Part shown: piece after piece, positions 1 through 8,971 of the stretch
Layout: every line of letters begins with the position of its first letter
How positions within the stretch are numbered: position 1 is the stretch's first letter
Source: Candidatus Micrarchaeia archaeon
GTDB taxonomy: Archaea > Micrarchaeota > Micrarchaeia > Anstonellales > Anstonellaceae
Direction of reading: 5' to 3'
NCBI GenBank assembly: GCA_041665945.1
Contig: JBAYHU010000004.1
Span: 34,336 to 98,335, forward strand
DNA: 64,000 nt
Notes under the pieces: generated by a model
What the model saw: only the letters and a program-made list of their open reading frames with translations
What the model was told of the DNA's origin: nothing
The model's database searches: none
Program-made: the position numbers and the translations under genes

Positions 1-51
1 TCACGACGGGAGAAAAAGAAACTCCTCGTATCTATTTTGGAGGTGTCTGTA

Positions 52-267
52 ATGGGACAAAAAATCGGCTCTGAAAAAGTGAAGCGCGAAAACGGCTTCC
101 TGTACTACATCGGCAAGGACGGCTATGTATGGGCTGCACCGATGAAGCACAACAAGAGCGGCAGGAAGAAGAAGGTCGGCGGCGAAAAGGTTGAGAAGCA
201 GTCCGGCTACATGTACTACCTCGGCAAGGACGGCTACGTCTACAAGGCGAAGTTGAAGAATGCCTGA
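52..267 (+). CDS. small protein (71 aa) made of two tandem ~30-aa repeats (motif G-[FY]-[LM]-YY-[IL]-GKDGYV); function unknown
   Basis: ORF-track frame 37..267. ATG at 52 lies 6 nt after GGAGGTG (39-45). The halves KVKRENGFLYYIGKDGYVWAAP and KVEKQSGYMYYLGKDGYVYKAK are an obvious internal duplication. A hairpin plus T-run follows. Confidence 0.6.
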   Translation: MGQKIGSEKVKRENGFLYYIGKDGYVWAAPMKHNKSGRKKKVGGEKVEKQSGYMYYLGKDGYVYKAKLKNA

Positions 268-346
268 AGAGTTTCGCAAGAAATTCTCCGGAAACCGGTT
301 CCAAACCGGCTCCGCAAGGTTAGACATCCACTGTTTTTGAAATTCG

Positions 347-385
347 GCGGCGGGGCTTGCTCCGCCGCTTTTTGTATTTTTATTT
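347..385 (+). terminator. GC-rich hairpin (9-bp stem, CTTG loop) followed by TTTTTGTATTTTTATTTT
   Basis: GCGGCGGGG-CTTG-CTCCGCCGC at 347-368, then an oligo-T tract, directly downstream of the 52..267 CDS. Confidence 0.5.
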
Positions 386-420
386 TCCGTAGCGGAAGCG
401 GCTTGCCGCCCCATTTCAAC

Positions 421-436
421 ATATATTTATAAATAC
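421..436 (+). promoter_or_regulatory. TATA-box-like element upstream of CDS 465..1517
   Basis: atatatttataaatac about 30 nt upstream of ATG 465; GGAG at 456-459. Confidence 0.35.
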
Positions 437-464
437 TACCACATATTATAACGACGGAGATGTT

Positions 465-1517
465 ATGTTCAAGAAACTCAACGCTGGCTTCGAAACGGCT
501 GTGCAGAAGCGCTGCGCCAACCCGAAGGATTTCCAGCTTCTCGACGGCTTTGAGAAGAAGCTGAGGATTGCCGAAAAGGCAGGGCAGAAGCTGCACTCCA
601 TACAGGAGCTCTCGACAGAGGCGAAGAAAATCGCACCCCAGCTAAGCGAGGGGGCGAAAAAATTCGAACAGGGCGCCCAGAAAGCCGAGACTGCCCGCAT
701 TGCCGGGATGTTTGGGCCAATAATCAGCGGCTCCGTTGCATTCGCTGCAGGCGTCTTCGCCTGTTTCGGAAGCGTTTCAAGAAGCGGGCTCACTGCCACC
801 GACGGGTTCCTCTCCACTGCCATAAACACGGCTCCGGCAGTCGTTGCTGTTTTTTCAACCATAACCGCCCTCGGAGTCGCGGCTTACTTCTATTTCAGCA
901 AGAAAACCGGCATCCTCGCCCGCCTGGCAGGCGCTTTCGATGACGTCGTGAAATTCGCCAAGGAAGGCAAGACGCGCGAGGATTTGCACGATCTGCGCCT
1001 GAGGATTGATGGGGCGATGCGCAAACGGGAGGAAGCCTGCGAATGCATCGATTTGAAGAAAGAGGCAGTGACTGCGAAAAAAACATATGAGGAGAATTAT
1101 GAGCGCGCAAGAGAGGTAATCAGTGCGGTCAATGCCGGAAGAATCGGCGGGTATCTTGCCAAGGTTGCCGCGCCTATAATTGCGGGCCATGCCATCTGGG
1201 ACGCGGTTGCCGAACGCACAGTGGATTTGAGGTTCGCGTTCAAAATTACCCTTGCGGTTGGATTGGTGGTGATTGCCAAAAGGCTCGCGGACAAGCTGGC
1301 AAAAATCGCCGGCAGCAGCAATCATCCGGAGATAACCAAGGCGTGGCAGGGCTTCAAGGCGCGGGCAGGGAACGGCATAAAGGGAATGTTCCCCGACTGG
1401 AAACTTTTCAAGGACCTCACGGCTATCGGCAAGTGCGAATTGGAAAAACACAATACGCTGGAGGACAAAACGCAGGAATTGATGGATGGGGCGGGCATTT
1501 CGGAAGATGAAATGTAG
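465..1517 (+). CDS. hypothetical membrane protein (helical N-terminal region, TM hairpin, second helical region, further hydrophobic segment)
   Basis: 350-aa ORF. Hydrophobic segments GMFGPIISGSVAFAAGVFACFG, APAVVAVFSTITALGVAAYFYF and ITLAVGLVVIAK. No family recognised. Confidence 0.6.
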   Translation: MFKKLNAGFETAVQKRCANPKDFQLLDGFEKKLRIAEKAGQKLHSIQELSTEAKKIAPQLSEGAKKFEQGAQKAETARIAGMFGPIISGSVAFAAGVFACFGSVSRSGLTATDGFLSTAINTAPAVVAVFSTITALGVAAYFYFSKKTGILARLAGAFDDVVKFAKEGKTREDLHDLRLRIDGAMRKREEACECIDLKKEAVTAKKTYEENYERAREVISAVNAGRIGGYLAKVAAPIIAGHAIWDAVAERTVDLRFAFKITLAVGLVVIAKRLADKLAKIAGSSNHPEITKAWQGFKARAGNGIKGMFPDWKLFKDLTAIGKCELEKHNTLEDKTQELMDGAGISEDEM

Positions 1518-1587
1518 AGTGGAAGGCGCGCGGGCAGAATGGGGATAATTTAACGCTTTCCGCCAATAACGATAAACAGGTGGTTGG

Positions 1588-2994
1588 ATGTTCGTTTTCC
1601 AGACAACGATGAAAGCCGGTTCTCAGAAAACCGCCGACCTGCAGCAAGCCGTCCAGAAGATAACAACCGCCTTCAAGACAGAGGAGGGCTGGAAAACCAT
1701 ATCCTCAATGCCCAGGGAAACCGTCCGCGCCGCCATAAAGAGCGAGGAGCTGTGGCACGCGCTGAGGTTCCCGGACCTTCTCGGAGAGGGCGAGCGCTCG
1801 AATTTCATAAAGAACATGCAGAAGCTGAGCGGGACTGATTTTGCCGGCATTGTCAAGGACGCCTACGGCGACTTGGACGGCAGGCCGCTTCGGCTCCTTT
1901 TCAGCGACCTTTACAATTCCAAGACAGGCCCGGAAGTCATGGAGGGCCTCGGGCGGCTCGCGGGAATCCCGTTCACAGGGAGCCTCTACGGGTTCGGGCT
2001 GATGTACAAGAGCCTGTCCATTCCCGACGAGGAGATGCGCAAGGATTTCGCATACTCAAAATACGCTGAAGAGACAATCACGCTGAAGGATTTGAACGCC
2101 ACGCAGCTTGCGGCATACCGGAATCTCGAGGGATACGTCAATACCGGCAATGAGAAGATGCAGGATGCATTCTTCGATTACGCGGCGAAAAATCCGAAGG
2201 AAGCGGCGAAAATAGTGAGGACGCAGGACATCCGCAACCTGTTCGATGCCGCCCTCCAGAACCGGGAGGGCTCCAGGCGGTGCGGCGAGCTTTTCGTTTC
2301 CTCCGAATGCAAGGGGATGCTTTCAAACGCCCTTGATTACCCGGAAGGCATAAACATGGCGGGCTATCTTTGGAATACGAACTTTGGGAGGCAGTTCCTT
2401 TTCGACCTCATTGCAAGAAATGCCGGGGATTCGTTCAAGCCGGCCAGCCGCTGGACATTCCAGCCCCCGAAGGGGTCGCCGGGGAGCCTTGCCGGGACGA
2501 TGCTGATGATATTCGACAAGCAGGGCAAGTTCGGGGAGAAAACCCGCCTGCCGAGGCAGGAGGAGTACAAGCGGATTTACGAGACCGAGCTTGCGGCGAA
2601 GCAAAATGGCGGGAAAACCGTTGAAAAGAAAGCGCCTGAAAAGCCCATGAAATCCGTGCCGGTGCTTTTGCACAAGAAGGAATTCGACGCGATTGTAAGG
2701 GTCGAAATGGCGGAACTGAAGAAGAAATACCAAGGAAAGACGCCCGACGCTGAATTCGAGAAGATAGTGATTGACAGCTTCGAGCGGTTCTATTTCGACT
2801 GCAACGGCGGAAAGGCGGGGAAGGAAAGCCGCCAGACCAAGGAAGCGCGCGAAATCATCCGCAAGGAATACAACGGGATGCAGGATGACCTCAAGCCCGC
2901 ATTCCTTCTCGAGGGCACGCAGGCATACCTTGAGCTTGGGATGGAAAAGGCGCGCAGGAAAATTGCAGCCAGCGGCGAAACCGGATTTTTCTAA
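1588..2994 (+). CDS. hypothetical soluble protein, no recognisable domain
   Basis: 468-aa ORF; GGTGG 5-9 nt upstream of the ATG; coding-like composition. Confidence 0.6.
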   Translation: MFVFQTTMKAGSQKTADLQQAVQKITTAFKTEEGWKTISSMPRETVRAAIKSEELWHALRFPDLLGEGERSNFIKNMQKLSGTDFAGIVKDAYGDLDGRPLRLLFSDLYNSKTGPEVMEGLGRLAGIPFTGSLYGFGLMYKSLSIPDEEMRKDFAYSKYAEETITLKDLNATQLAAYRNLEGYVNTGNEKMQDAFFDYAAKNPKEAAKIVRTQDIRNLFDAALQNREGSRRCGELFVSSECKGMLSNALDYPEGINMAGYLWNTNFGRQFLFDLIARNAGDSFKPASRWTFQPPKGSPGSLAGTMLMIFDKQGKFGEKTRLPRQEEYKRIYETELAAKQNGGKTVEKKAPEKPMKSVPVLLHKKEFDAIVRVEMAELKKKYQGKTPDAEFEKIVIDSFERFYFDCNGGKAGKESRQTKEAREIIRKEYNGMQDDLKPAFLLEGTQAYLELGMEKARRKIAASGETGFF

Positions 2995-3052
2995 TCGCAT
3001 CTGCGGGCTGAACGCCGTTGATGGCATCCGCAAATCCGCGATGCGATAGGCA

Positions 3053-3062
3053 TTAAAAATAA
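3053..3062 (+). promoter_or_regulatory. TATA-like box for the ATPase gene, flanked by direct GATGCGA repeats
   Basis: ttaaaaataa ends 19 nt before ATG 3081 (spacing typical of a leaderless transcript). GATGCGAT at 3040-3047 and GATGCGAA at 3064-3071 bracket it. Confidence 0.35.
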
Positions 3063-3080
3063 GGATGCGAATGCTGCAAT

Positions 3081-5549
3081 ATGGGCTGCAGACCGAGTTA
3101 TCAAGGAAGCCGCTTAGTCATGGACTGCCCGACGTGCGGGCTGGGATTGACAACGCCGCAGTGCATCAACTCGCACCTCAGGGTGACCTCGCAATTGCCA
3201 AAGCCGTGGAAGACCTCGCGGTTCGAAGAAGAAGTCGTGGTCGACTTGGACGAGGAGAAGACAGCCATCATTTCCGAGTATGACGGGCTTGTGAGGCAGG
3301 TCGAGGCGATAATGCTCAACCCGAAGACGTACGGCAGGCCCGAGGACGACCAGTACCTCCTGCGCAAGAAAGTGCTCAAGGAATTCTACGAATACATGTT
3401 CATGAACCCGCTTGTCGCCGCGCAGGTGCTCAAGGGGTACACCGAGCCCTACCCGGAAAAGGCGGTTTTCGTCGAGGGCTACCGCAACTTCCAGGCGTGG
3501 ATAAACGGCATCCAGACTGCCTACACCCGCTCCTCCCTTTACCTACTGTGCCAGAAAACGGGCGACCTGCGCGCCGCGTTCCTCGCTCTACTCGGGCTCA
3601 AGTCTCTCCTGTTCATGCAGAACTTCATGCTTTCAGTCCCGAAAAACGCGGTGATGCTTGCGGGCGGGGAATCGACCTACCAAATCGACCACGGCATGAC
3701 CGTGAAAATAATGGACGTGCCCGGCGGCGAAGCCCATCTTTACGTGATAGAAAACCCGATTATCGAAAACCTCCCGATAAAGCTTCAGGAACTGCTGCGA
3801 AACGCGATACAGGACGGCTTGCGAGAAACAAGGCAGACTGTCGACTATGCCACTATTTTCGACGACAGGACGCGCGAGTTCGCCCAGCAGTTTTTGGACA
3901 GGGGCGCGCTTGAAAAAATACCGATTACCCCCGAGCAGGCAACCGCCATGGGAAGGGAAGCCGCGGCATGGGTGGTGGGCTTGGGTGCGCCGATTGAAAA
4001 CCTCGCCCTTGACCGCGACAACCTGACTGATATTTACATAGACGGCGAGAACTCGCCGATTTACCTAGAGCACGCCAAGTTCGGGCTGTGCCACACGCTT
4101 TGGAGATACAACCACGAGATGATGGAAAACGCGTTCAAGAACATCATGGCAGGCGGGCAGGGCACAAGGAAATTCGACAAGAACACGCCCGTAGTTGACG
4201 TTGTTTTGACAAGGCTTGCGATGAGGTGCCACCTGCAGCGCCCGCCCGCGACATTCGGCGAGCTTCAGGCTGCGCTTCGCATCATGCGCGACCAGCCTTT
4301 CACCTACCCGATGTATTTGCAGCGGCGCTCCATGAGCCCGTTCTTCGCCGGCTACGACGACGTGATGGTGGGATTGGGCTGCTCGGAAGCGGTGCTCGGA
4401 TTGAAAGGCGTGGGAAAAACAGCATTCACTTCCGCGAAAATCGCAGCAATCGGGACGAAGAAGAGGATATTGCCCATTCAGGACATCGAGGAAATCCCGA
4501 CCAAGGCTTACCGCAAGCGCGGCTTCCACGTTGGCGCGGTGCAGGTGCAGTCATCCGACCGCGACGATGTCGGCTCGTCCGAACTCGATCTGGTTTCCAT
4601 GACAAACGCCGCCCTCCGCATGGGAGACGCCTGCGTCATCATCAACGAAATCCGCTCCCGCCTTGCCATTCAGGGAGTAATCAACATGCTCAACACCCAG
4701 CCCGGGATTTTCCTGCTTTACAACCTCCACGCGCAGTCGCTGAAGGACGTGCAGGACCGCTTGGAACTCGTATTCGGCGTGCCGGCTGCGTCGATGTTTT
4801 CCACGGACCGCTATTCGTTCCTGAAGAAAGTGCGCTATGGCAGGAAGACGCAGGTTTACCGCATGCTGGGCTTCCAGTACGAAACCGACCTCAAGGAGCG
4901 CAAGTTCGTGGAGACGTTCAGGCTCGACCGCGGCGAGGACATTGAAAGCACGAAACTGAAGTGCATGTTCCTGAACCTGCCCGAAGCCGAGATGGACAGC
5001 CTCGCTGGAGCGGACATGGCGAAAATCGCGAAGAATTTCAAGTTCGAATTCGTGCCGCCCGCGCTTGAGAGAAGAAGCGAGGAGACGGGCATCCCGGCGC
5101 AGCAGTATGTCATGGAGGCGTTCTTCAAGGGCAAATTGTATTCGCAGATAACCGAGATGGCGAAGAAATACAACCACCCGCACTTTTTGGAGCTTGACTT
5201 CGTGCTTGAGTGCACCACTGCGATGAACAACATGCTCAAGCGCCTCGAAGCGGGCGAGGGGGAAGTGGACTGGGGCGCTGCGGACAGGGAATGGCAGAAG
5301 ACGTTCGCGCGCATGGTGGAAACCGAGCTTCGGGAAAGCTCGGAGGACAACGTGCTTACCGGCGCAAAGGGCGACGACGCAATGCCTGAGGAGAAAGAGC
5401 AGCGACCGAAGAAATCCGTGAGGGAAGCGGACGAGGAACCCGAGGATGAGGAGCCGGAAAAGACACCCGCTGGAGTCCCGATAAAGCCGGCGGCGAAAGT
5501 GGATATGAAAAAGCCCGTGGTTCCTGCGAAGAAAACCGCGAAGAAGTAG
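3081..5549 (+). CDS. divergent FlaI/PilB/VirB11-class (type II/IV secretion, archaeal type IV pilus/archaellum) ATPase with an acidic then Lys-rich C-terminal tail
   Basis: The order of blocks matches the FlaI/GspE family: LTDIYIDGENSPIYLEH, PVVDVVLTRLAMRCHLQRPP, Walker A-like GLKGVGKTAF, IQDIEEIP, AALRMGDACVIINEIRS (in place of RPDxIxVGEIRG), LHAQS. 822 aa. An alternative start at 3120 is possible. Confidence 0.75.
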   Translation: MGCRPSYQGSRLVMDCPTCGLGLTTPQCINSHLRVTSQLPKPWKTSRFEEEVVVDLDEEKTAIISEYDGLVRQVEAIMLNPKTYGRPEDDQYLLRKKVLKEFYEYMFMNPLVAAQVLKGYTEPYPEKAVFVEGYRNFQAWINGIQTAYTRSSLYLLCQKTGDLRAAFLALLGLKSLLFMQNFMLSVPKNAVMLAGGESTYQIDHGMTVKIMDVPGGEAHLYVIENPIIENLPIKLQELLRNAIQDGLRETRQTVDYATIFDDRTREFAQQFLDRGALEKIPITPEQATAMGREAAAWVVGLGAPIENLALDRDNLTDIYIDGENSPIYLEHAKFGLCHTLWRYNHEMMENAFKNIMAGGQGTRKFDKNTPVVDVVLTRLAMRCHLQRPPATFGELQAALRIMRDQPFTYPMYLQRRSMSPFFAGYDDVMVGLGCSEAVLGLKGVGKTAFTSAKIAAIGTKKRILPIQDIEEIPTKAYRKRGFHVGAVQVQSSDRDDVGSSELDLVSMTNAALRMGDACVIINEIRSRLAIQGVINMLNTQPGIFLLYNLHAQSLKDVQDRLELVFGVPAASMFSTDRYSFLKKVRYGRKTQVYRMLGFQYETDLKERKFVETFRLDRGEDIESTKLKCMFLNLPEAEMDSLAGADMAKIAKNFKFEFVPPALERRSEETGIPAQQYVMEAFFKGKLYSQITEMAKKYNHPHFLELDFVLECTTAMNNMLKRLEAGEGEVDWGAADREWQKTFARMVETELRESSEDNVLTGAKGDDAMPEEKEQRPKKSVREADEEPEDEEPEKTPAGVPIKPAAKVDMKKPVVPAKKTAKK

Positions 5550-5551
5550 AA

Positions 5552-6865
5552 TCAGACTCTTTTTGCGAATTCCTTCAGGAAGTCTTCCAATTTGTCCGCA
5601 GGGATTGTAGCGCCAGCGGCTATGTTGTGCCCGCCGCCGACTCCACCGACCATGGGGCACACTTCTGAAAGTATTTTGCTCAGGTTCAGCCCTGCGTCCA
5701 CAAGTTTCCTTGTGCCACGGGTGGAAAGTTTTATTGCGCCGGATTTCTCAAGCGAGAGCGCGAGTATGGGCTTGCTTCTTGTGCCCGGGAATACCATGCC
5801 TGCTATCACGCCGATTATGGAGTCAGCGATTACCCCTCTGCCGTCAATTAGGAGGAATTTGCCGTAGTCCTGCACGTTTTTGGAGGCGAACGATATGCCG
5901 TCGCGGAGATTGCGCCTGTGCTGCGCGAGCAGGACTTTCGCTTCCTCATACGCGCCTGTGCGCCCGAGGCAGACTGAAACGCCAAGCTCCGGGCGGTCGT
6001 TCCTGCCGCATGCGTTGAGAAGCGTGGAGAATTCGTGAGCGTCCGAAAGTTCCGTTCCCTGCGCGCGCTTGTTGAGTGTGTAGACTTCGCCTGTGAGCCG
6101 CGATGCCGCGTCGGGCGAAATCCTCACTGCCAGAAGCTCGGCAAGCGAGGAGACGAGCCGCTTTTTCTCATCAGTGGAAAGCGAGGAATACGTGCGCCAC
6201 TTTTCACCATCCTTAAGCGGGATGCCCAGGTCGGAAAGAAGCTTGATGCATGCGTCGTCATTTCCTGTAAGCCCCGGAAGATAGGGGTCATCGGCGAACG
6301 CGAGAAGCTGGGTGAGCGGGCGGCTGTTCCTGCCGAAAAGCACGAGGTCGGTTGCGTATGACACTTCGCCTGCTTTGACCGCCTCTTCAAGCATGAGCCG
6401 GTTGAGGCTGCGCATGGGATACTGGATGTCCCCGACTGCGCCAACGATGCCAAGGTCGGAATTCGTGCGGAAGGTGAAATACGCGCAGCCGGCTGCCGAG
6501 ATTTCGCTGCCCCCGTCGAACCCGAACAGGTGCGGGTTTGCCTGAATGTGCGCCTTGCACGCCACCTGATGGTGGTCGATTATCACCACGTCGCCTTTCA
6601 GCTCGTCAACGAATGGCGAGCCCGAGCCCAAATCGACAAAGATTACTTCGTCCCTACCGGCGATTGATGAGATGAACTGTAAGTCGAGCTTGCGGATTGT
6701 CATCATGTCGTATGGCTTGCCCTGCTGCTCAAGCCAGGAGGCGGCAATCGAGCCAGATGTCAGCCCGTCGCAGTCGTAGTGGTTCACAAGAAGGGGCTTT
6801 TTCATGCGGGCTGCCGCTTCGCGCGCTTCGGCGCAACGCTGCAAAAAGCCGTCCGTGTCGCCCAT
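5552..6865 (-). CDS. RecJ-like DHH/DHHA1 phosphoesterase (archaeal RecJ/GAN-type nuclease)
   Basis: Motifs HYDCDGLTSG, VDLGSG, IIDHHQ and C-terminal GGGHNIAAGA. I start at the internal ATG (MGDTDGF...), because the ORF-track extension to 7183 overlaps the divergent gene. Confidence 0.85.
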   Translation of the reverse strand: MGDTDGFLQRCAEAREAAARMKKPLLVNHYDCDGLTSGSIAASWLEQQGKPYDMMTIRKLDLQFISSIAGRDEVIFVDLGSGSPFVDELKGDVVIIDHHQVACKAHIQANPHLFGFDGGSEISAAGCAYFTFRTNSDLGIVGAVGDIQYPMRSLNRLMLEEAVKAGEVSYATDLVLFGRNSRPLTQLLAFADDPYLPGLTGNDDACIKLLSDLGIPLKDGEKWRTYSSLSTDEKKRLVSSLAELLAVRISPDAASRLTGEVYTLNKRAQGTELSDAHEFSTLLNACGRNDRPELGVSVCLGRTGAYEEAKVLLAQHRRNLRDGISFASKNVQDYGKFLLIDGRGVIADSIIGVIAGMVFPGTRSKPILALSLEKSGAIKLSTRGTRKLVDAGLNLSKILSEVCPMVGGVGGGHNIAAGATIPADKLEDFLKEFAKRV

Positions 6866-6925
6866 CTTACTACCGCAGCATTGATGGGAAAACACAAATA
6901 TAAGGAGAAGTGGTGGAGAACATGC

Positions 6926-7354
6926 ATGGACGTTGAGATGGCGCCTGACATCGAGAGCAGGGTAAATGAGATAATCTCGGTGCTGGACTACGGGCACATA
7001 AACGAATACCGCCTGTTCTGCATGCGCTCGCGCAATACCGTGGCGAACGCGTACGCGCGCATCTGGAACCTGCCGGACATCTGGCAAAAGGCGCTGGGCG
7101 TTGGCACGTTCTACATCATAGAAGTCGTATCCCAGCATTTCGACAAGCTGCCTGAAGAGGAGAAGGAAAAGGTCCTGATACACGAGTTATTGCACATACC
7201 GAAAACGTTCTCAGGCGCCCTGCGCCCGCATGGGGGGCAGGTGAAGATAAACGCGAGAACTGTCGGGCAATTGCACAAGCTTTACAAGGAGAAGAAACAA
7301 GCGCTTGAAGGGAAGCGAAGCGAGGAATTAAAGAGGGCAGAGGCAATGTTCTAG
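6926..7354 (+). CDS. putative zinc metallopeptidase (HExxH)
   Basis: HELLHIPKTFSGALRPH motif; ATG 6926 preceded by GGTGGAG; 142 aa. The upstream part of ORF 6779.. overlaps the recJ-like start. Confidence 0.6.
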   Translation: MDVEMAPDIESRVNEIISVLDYGHINEYRLFCMRSRNTVANAYARIWNLPDIWQKALGVGTFYIIEVVSQHFDKLPEEEKEKVLIHELLHIPKTFSGALRPHGGQVKINARTVGQLHKLYKEKKQALEGKRSEELKRAEAMF

Positions 7355-7365
7355 CTGTTGGTTCC

Positions 7366-8112
7366 ATGAAAATCGGATTGATTGGTTTCGGAAGCATCGG
7401 GTATTTCATCGCCAAGAACATTGGCAAGGAAATAGCGTGGGTATTGGACATGGACCCGAAAGCTGCGGAGAGAATGGCGATTGTCGGGCTGAAATGCCCG
7501 TTTTACGGCAAGCTCCCCGCCAACTGCGGAGGCGCGGATTTGATAATCGAGGCTGCCTCGCAGAAAGCCGTGCCGCTGCTTTTGGACTGCCTTCCCTGCT
7601 GCGACGTCATGGTCATGTCTGTCGGCGCGTTTGCGGATGAGGCGCTTCTGGAAAAAATGAAGGCGGCCGCGAAAAAGCACGGCAGGAAAATCTACCTGCC
7701 CTCAGGCGCAGTCGGGGGCATGGATGCTATTTCATCCGTTTCCGGCCAGATAACCTCGCTTGTCCTTGAGACGACGAAACCACCGGTTTCGCTCGGGAGG
7801 AACGACTCCGCGAGAACGGTCGTATTCGAAGGCAGCGCAAGGGAAGCGTGCAAGCTTTACCCGAAAAACGTCAATGTCTCGGCAACGCTGTCGCTTGCGG
7901 GAATCGGTTTTGACAAGACAATTGTCAGGATTGTAAGCGACCCCGACGCTACGGCAAACACGCACAAGATAACCGTGAAATCGCCGGCAGGCGGCATGAA
8001 ATTCGAGTTCGAGAACGTGCCTTCGCAGGACAACCCGAAAACATCGGCGCTCGCCGCGCTCTCCGCGCTGCGCAGGCTGTCGAAAACCGGGGAAACGCTT
8101 CAGATTGGCTGA
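7366..8112 (+). CDS. nadX: L-aspartate dehydrogenase
   Basis: N-terminal Rossmann motif MKIGLIGFGSIG. Aligns along its whole length by eye to the TM1643-type family (PSGAVGGMD, FEGSAREA, NVNVSAT, ENVPSQDNPKTS). Confidence 0.85.
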   Translation: MKIGLIGFGSIGYFIAKNIGKEIAWVLDMDPKAAERMAIVGLKCPFYGKLPANCGGADLIIEAASQKAVPLLLDCLPCCDVMVMSVGAFADEALLEKMKAAAKKHGRKIYLPSGAVGGMDAISSVSGQITSLVLETTKPPVSLGRNDSARTVVFEGSAREACKLYPKNVNVSATLSLAGIGFDKTIVRIVSDPDATANTHKITVKSPAGGMKFEFENVPSQDNPKTSALAALSALRRLSKTGETLQIG

Positions 8113-8131
8113 GGGAAGTTTAGATTTGCTG

Positions 8132-8971
8132 ATGAGGGATGATGCTATGATTATTGGAGCGATGAACAGCCCGAAAAACGACCTTGCGTCCGAAATACAG
8201 CTTTTCGGCGAGATGGGTTTCGATTTCGTGGAAATAACAGTGGAGTCGCCGGGCGCGACGCCTGAAAAGATACAGAAGGATAGGAAGAAGGTCTTGGATG
8301 CGCTGCATTCGTACAACTTCGGGGTGCTTGCGCATATGCCGTGGTATTTCTCGGTCGCGCACCCCTACCCGAACATACAGAACGCCATTATCAGGGAATT
8401 TGCCACTGCATTCGAATCCGCTGCGTCACTTGGCGCGAAAAAGGTGACGCTGCACACTGAATTCATGCCTGCAGGCATACAGGACAGGGGCGTGCATACT
8501 GCCAAGACCGTGGAGAGCATGAAGGCGCTTTCCAAGGAGGCGTCGGACAGGGGAATGCAACTTCTTGTGGAGAATTTCAGCGCAAGCTCTTTTTCAATAA
8601 GGGAATTCAAGCTGCTTTTTTCCGAGCTTGACATCGGGATGACATTCGACGTCGGGCACGCGTCCACAAGCGACGGGGAAGGCGTGGAAAATTACCTCGC
8701 GCAGTTCAAGAAGAGGGTGTCGCACGTGCATCTTCACGACAACGACCGCCGCGCCGACCAGCATTTGCCGCTCGGAGCGGGAAAGATAGACATTCCGCGC
8801 GCCGTTAAGGAGCTGAAGTCGTTTTACGACGGGACAATCACGCTTGAAGTGCACTCGCAGGACAGGGACTACCTGAAAATCAGCCGCGAGAAACTGGAAA
8901 TAATGTGGTACGGGAAAAAGAAGTTCGAGGAAAACAAGGATTACCTGTACCCCGACCAGAAAAAAAAGTAA
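8132..8971 (+). CDS. sugar phosphate isomerase/epimerase (xylose isomerase-like TIM barrel) family protein
   Basis: Typical blocks FDFVEI, LHTEF, LLVENF, FDVGHA, VHLHDN. Start uncertain (TTG 8105, ATG 8132 or 8147). Confidence 0.7.
   Translation: MRDDAMIIGAMNSPKNDLASEIQLFGEMGFDFVEITVESPGATPEKIQKDRKKVLDALHSYNFGVLAHMPWYFSVAHPYPNIQNAIIREFATAFESAASLGAKKVTLHTEFMPAGIQDRGVHTAKTVESMKALSKEASDRGMQLLVENFSASSFSIREFKLLFSELDIGMTFDVGHASTSDGEGVENYLAQFKKRVSHVHLHDNDRRADQHLPLGAGKIDIPRAVKELKSFYDGTITLEVHSQDRDYLKISREKLEIMWYGKKKFEENKDYLYPDQKKK

Noticed and set aside
1-414. 137-aa minus-strand ORF running off the left edge
   Set aside because: It fully overlaps the plus-strand 52..267 gene, which has an SD, an internal repeat structure and a terminator. 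The minus-frame product has shadow-ORF-like composition and no motif.
4551-5660. 369-aa minus-strand ORF, with many similar long antisense ORFs inside hppA, gatE, topA, pyrB and others
   Set aside because: All lie opposite genes with unambiguous family motifs. Long stop-free antisense frames are expected at this GC content.
6866-7183. N-terminal extensions offered by the ORF track for the recJ-like gene (and likewise 8972..9772, 14017..14514, 14671..15639, 24187.., 43196..44038, 47750..49081, 51082..51813, 55089..56162)
   Set aside because: The extensions overlap neighbouring genes or promoters and lack family similarity. In each case an internal ATG, often with a GGTGG-type SD, starts exactly where homology begins.
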